From: a virus
Lineage: Duplodnaviria > Caudoviricetes
Virus record (IMG/VR): IMGVR_UViG_3300043372_000548
Coordinates: 1 to 54,738 of that record
DNA length: 54,738 bases
Direction: 5' to 3' (one strand)
Under the pieces are notes generated by a model. That model did not search any database, had not been told where the DNA came from, and saw only the letters and a list, made by a program, of their open reading frames with translations. Below, piece after piece: positions 52,585 to 54,738 of the stretch; position 1 is the first letter of the stretch; each line of letters begins with the position of its first letter. The position numbers were made by a program, and so were the translations under genes.

Positions 52585-52932
52585 ATGACACTGACCAACG
52601 AACAAATTGCCCGCTGCTGCCACGAAGCAAACCGAGGCTACTGCCAAGCAATCGGCGACAACTCACAAGCCTCATGGGACGACGCTCCTGAGTGGCAGCG
52701 TGAAAGCGCCGTCAAGGGAGTCGAATTCAATCTTGCCAACCCCAATGCTCCAGCTTCAGCAAGCCATGATTCGTGGCTGGCTGTGAAAGAAGCTGACGGC
52801 TGGAAGTATGGACCCGTGAAAGACGCGGAAAAAAAGGAGCATCCGTGCTATGTGCCGTATGACCAGCTCCCAAAGGACCAACAACGCAAAGATGCGCTTT
52901 TTAAAGCTGTCGTGGCTGCACTTGCAGCATGA
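52585..52932 (+). CDS. RyR-domain protein
   Basis: HDSW...K.ADGWKYGPVKD..KKEHPC.VPYDQLP..Q..KD. Confidence 0.88.
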   Translation: MTLTNEQIARCCHEANRGYCQAIGDNSQASWDDAPEWQRESAVKGVEFNLANPNAPASASHDSWLAVKEADGWKYGPVKDAEKKEHPCYVPYDQLPKDQQRKDALFKAVVAALAA

Positions 52933-53021
52933 CAAACACTTTAGAGTCGTTGGCATCAGCCAATGGTTCAGGGCACGGCAACCTTACAATGCCGAATTAA
53001 AAACCAAACGACAACGATAAC

Positions 53022-53333
53022 ATGGAAAACCCAACACCAAACCCAGACCAGCTAGAAGCTTTTGTCATTCAGACAAAACAATGGCGCAAAGACCTCGATG
53101 AATGCCTCCAACGCCTCAAGCAAAGCAGCGACATAGGTTACACCGGATGCCGTGCGCCAGATCATCCCGTGCGCTCGTCGCGGGAACGCAGCCTCGCCAT
53201 CACCAAGATCGAGGAAGCAATCATGTGGCTAGGCATGGACCTAAAATCGCAAAACACGCCGAATCCATACCCCTACAGCAAAGATCCAACATCGATTGTA
53301 ATCGAACCAACGGCGGATGGATTAAAAATGTAA
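53022..53333 (+). CDS. Acb2/Tad1-like helical-hairpin protein (candidate immune-signal sponge)
   Basis: SRERSLAITKIEEAIMWL motif resembling Acb2/Tad1 hairpin families. Confidence 0.6.
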   Translation: MENPTPNPDQLEAFVIQTKQWRKDLDECLQRLKQSSDIGYTGCRAPDHPVRSSRERSLAITKIEEAIMWLGMDLKSQNTPNPYPYSKDPTSIVIEPTADGLKM

Positions 53334-53445
53334 CGCCACCCGTGAAGGGCGCTCACAAAGTCCGAAAAACTAACGTGAGTGCCCCATACACCAAGAATCT
53401 CATGTCACAATCATCGAAACAATCAAAGCCGCTTATCAACACCTG

Positions 53446-53771
53446 GGTAGTGGGTCAGACCGATTATGGTAAATCAGAACGATAAGCAATTCCTGGCTTT
53501 TTAACATCTAATGCAAGCATGGTTTAATGGACTAAAAACAGCTAATTCTGAGCCCTTTTCGATCTTGACTATCCTTCTTTGGATCAGCCTTATCAAGCAC
53601 CTTGGCAAAGACCCGTTGGGCCGCAGAAACACCGCTTTCTGCGGCCTTTGCGTTGGCTTTACGAGTAACTTGCTTTTTGGCTGTGCGAGTCTTGGTGGAC
53701 ATGGCCAGAATTTAGCAGATTTCGGGATTCTGGCACTTTAATAAGTTTCACAATCGGACTGACCCACTACC
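53446..53771. mobile_element. 326-bp MITE / internally deleted IS (IS1-like ends)
   Basis: TIRs GGTAGTGGGTCAG(A/T)CCGATT(A/G)TG, 21 of 23 matching; 8-bp target duplication AACACCTG at 53438..53445 and 53772..53779; no transposase. Confidence 0.9.
53532..53702 (-). CDS. 56-aa basic passenger ORF inside MITE
   Basis: MSTKTRTAKKQVTRKANAKAAESGVSAAQRVFAKVLDKADPKKDSQDRKGLRISCF, translated by hand. Confidence 0.5.
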   Translation of the reverse strand: MSTKTRTAKKQVTRKANAKAAESGVSAAQRVFAKVLDKADPKKDSQDRKGLRISCF

Positions 53772-53827
53772 AACACCTGCCACAAGGCGAGCGCGGGCGT
53801 TTATCCGTCGAACAAAAAACAACATTG

Positions 53828-54220
53828 CTAACGTGTTGTGAAAACGCCAGGAACTCCCTCGGTCACAATCTGACTCTTGCCGCCGGCATCTCGCACTAAA
53901 TAGCTTCCAGGTGCCATGGGAGTCACAAAAACAGGGCTACTACTCGCAGGTTTTGCTTTAAAAGCATCTAACTTGGACTGTAATTCCAGTGCCAACGCCT
54001 TCCATTCTAACCCTAGCTCGCTGCAGCGTTTGTATTTTGCGACAACTTCTGTGTGCTTTTGCGTAACGTTATTCACGAGTAGATTGAGTTTAGCAATTTC
54101 TTGGTTTTGCGCCTGAATTGTTGCCAGAAGCATTTTGGTTTGCTCACTATCGTCAGCAAAGGCTGAGCCCGTAAAACCTAAAAAGACAATGAAGAGAAGT
54201 GTTTTCATAGATGTCCACAA
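53828..54220 (-). CDS. Secreted/periplasmic coiled-coil protein (moron-like)
   Basis: MKTLLFIVFLGFTGSAFA signal peptide; antisense to the surrounding operon. Confidence 0.7.
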   Translation of the reverse strand: MWTSMKTLLFIVFLGFTGSAFADDSEQTKMLLATIQAQNQEIAKLNLLVNNVTQKHTEVVAKYKRCSELGLEWKALALELQSKLDAFKAKPASSSPVFVTPMAPGSYLVRDAGGKSQIVTEGVPGVFTTR

Positions 54221-54240
54221 CTTATCACAAGTCTAATTTA

Positions 54241-54738
54241 ATGCAATCGTTGAAGCTGTGGCTGCCTGGACTACATACTACGAGCCTTAACCGCACCAAG
54301 GGGCGGGGGTGGATCGTCAGTTATAAGCAGCGACAGATTGAAGCCTGTGCCATGGCTAAAGCCATTGACGATCTGCATCTCAATGGCCCCCAAGTGGCTT
54401 ATGCTAAGCGTGTACTCGTGGCACTTGCTGCCGGTGTGGCGGTGCAAGTCATTCGAGCCAGGGAAAAACCACCAAACTCAACGCTGAGTGGCAAAGCTCG
54501 GCTGCACTACATTCGCTGCACGACGCGCTGCTTGGACATCGAAAATTTCGCCGGCAGCACCAAAGGCATGACGGATTGCCTACGCTATGCCGTGCCATGG
54601 TTGCTACCCGACGATGATCGCGGGTCAGTGGATCTAACGCATTCACAAGAGCGCGTCGATCATGAGGATGAGCAAGGCACCTGGGTGATTCTCAGTCGCT
54701 CAAATCAGCCAGCATCCGCTCAAGTTGGCGGCGATTGA
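54241..54738 (+). CDS. RusA-like Holliday junction resolvase
   Basis: SLN, LDIENF....K.MTDCL....LPDDD acidic motifs; ATG at 54241. Confidence 0.7.
   Translation: MQSLKLWLPGLHTTSLNRTKGRGWIVSYKQRQIEACAMAKAIDDLHLNGPQVAYAKRVLVALAAGVAVQVIRAREKPPNSTLSGKARLHYIRCTTRCLDIENFAGSTKGMTDCLRYAVPWLLPDDDRGSVDLTHSQERVDHEDEQGTWVILSRSNQPASAQVGGD

Larger units (their letters stand above)
1..54738. mobile_element. Temperate phage / prophage (podovirus-like gene content: no tape measure or sheath, giant internal virion protein)
   Basis: Integrase, terminase, portal, scaffold, capsid, lysis, replication and regulatory modules fill the window with no host housekeeping genes; att sites not seen. Confidence 0.95.

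Noticed and set aside
53347-53384. GGGCGCTCAC/GTGAGTGCCC hairpin as a terminator
   Set aside because: 18-nt loop and no U tract; function cannot be supported
1-54738. Diversity-generating retroelement, retron or stop-codon recoding
   Set aside because: No reverse transcriptase or TR/VR pair seen; genes are intact under the standard code

Overview
The window is essentially one temperate phage (prophage) of about 55 kb, from a tyrosine integrase (1..1197) to a RusA-like resolvase (ends 54738). The att sites are not visible and probably lie just outside. A PVC-group (Verrucomicrobia-like) host is suggested, as inference only, by the integrase style, the general lack of Shine-Dalgarno sites and near-leaderless promoters. 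The minus-strand late operon (41239 down to 1202) encodes terS, terL, scaffold, an N4-gp56-like capsid, adaptor/tail-like proteins, a lysis cassette, a displaced portal, ejection-type proteins and a 6920-aa polyvalent virion protein. Its domains are MPTase-like, DdrB-ParB, Ser/Thr kinase, zeta-like P-loop kinase, DarB-like N6-MTase plus SNF2 helicase, PRTase, two JAB/RadC, a second kinase, InPase and a helical C-terminus. The plus strand carries small early genes, a divergent ribbon-helix-helix switch, YfdP/YfdQ-like genes, an iteron-bearing initiator with a DnaC-like loader, SSB, an RyR-domain plus Acb2/Tad1-like pair and a 326-bp MITE. Most notable: the linkers of the giant gene hide small +1-frame ORFs, each behind its own sigma70-like promoter and each next to a toxin-like domain (both kinases, zeta, MTase-helicase). 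The domain cassettes are bounded by a recurring L-x-[KSA]-G linker that is also a DNA direct repeat in two cases. This suggests an overprinted antitoxin/immunity layer inside a modular injected effector. All family calls are from motif recognition, not database searches.
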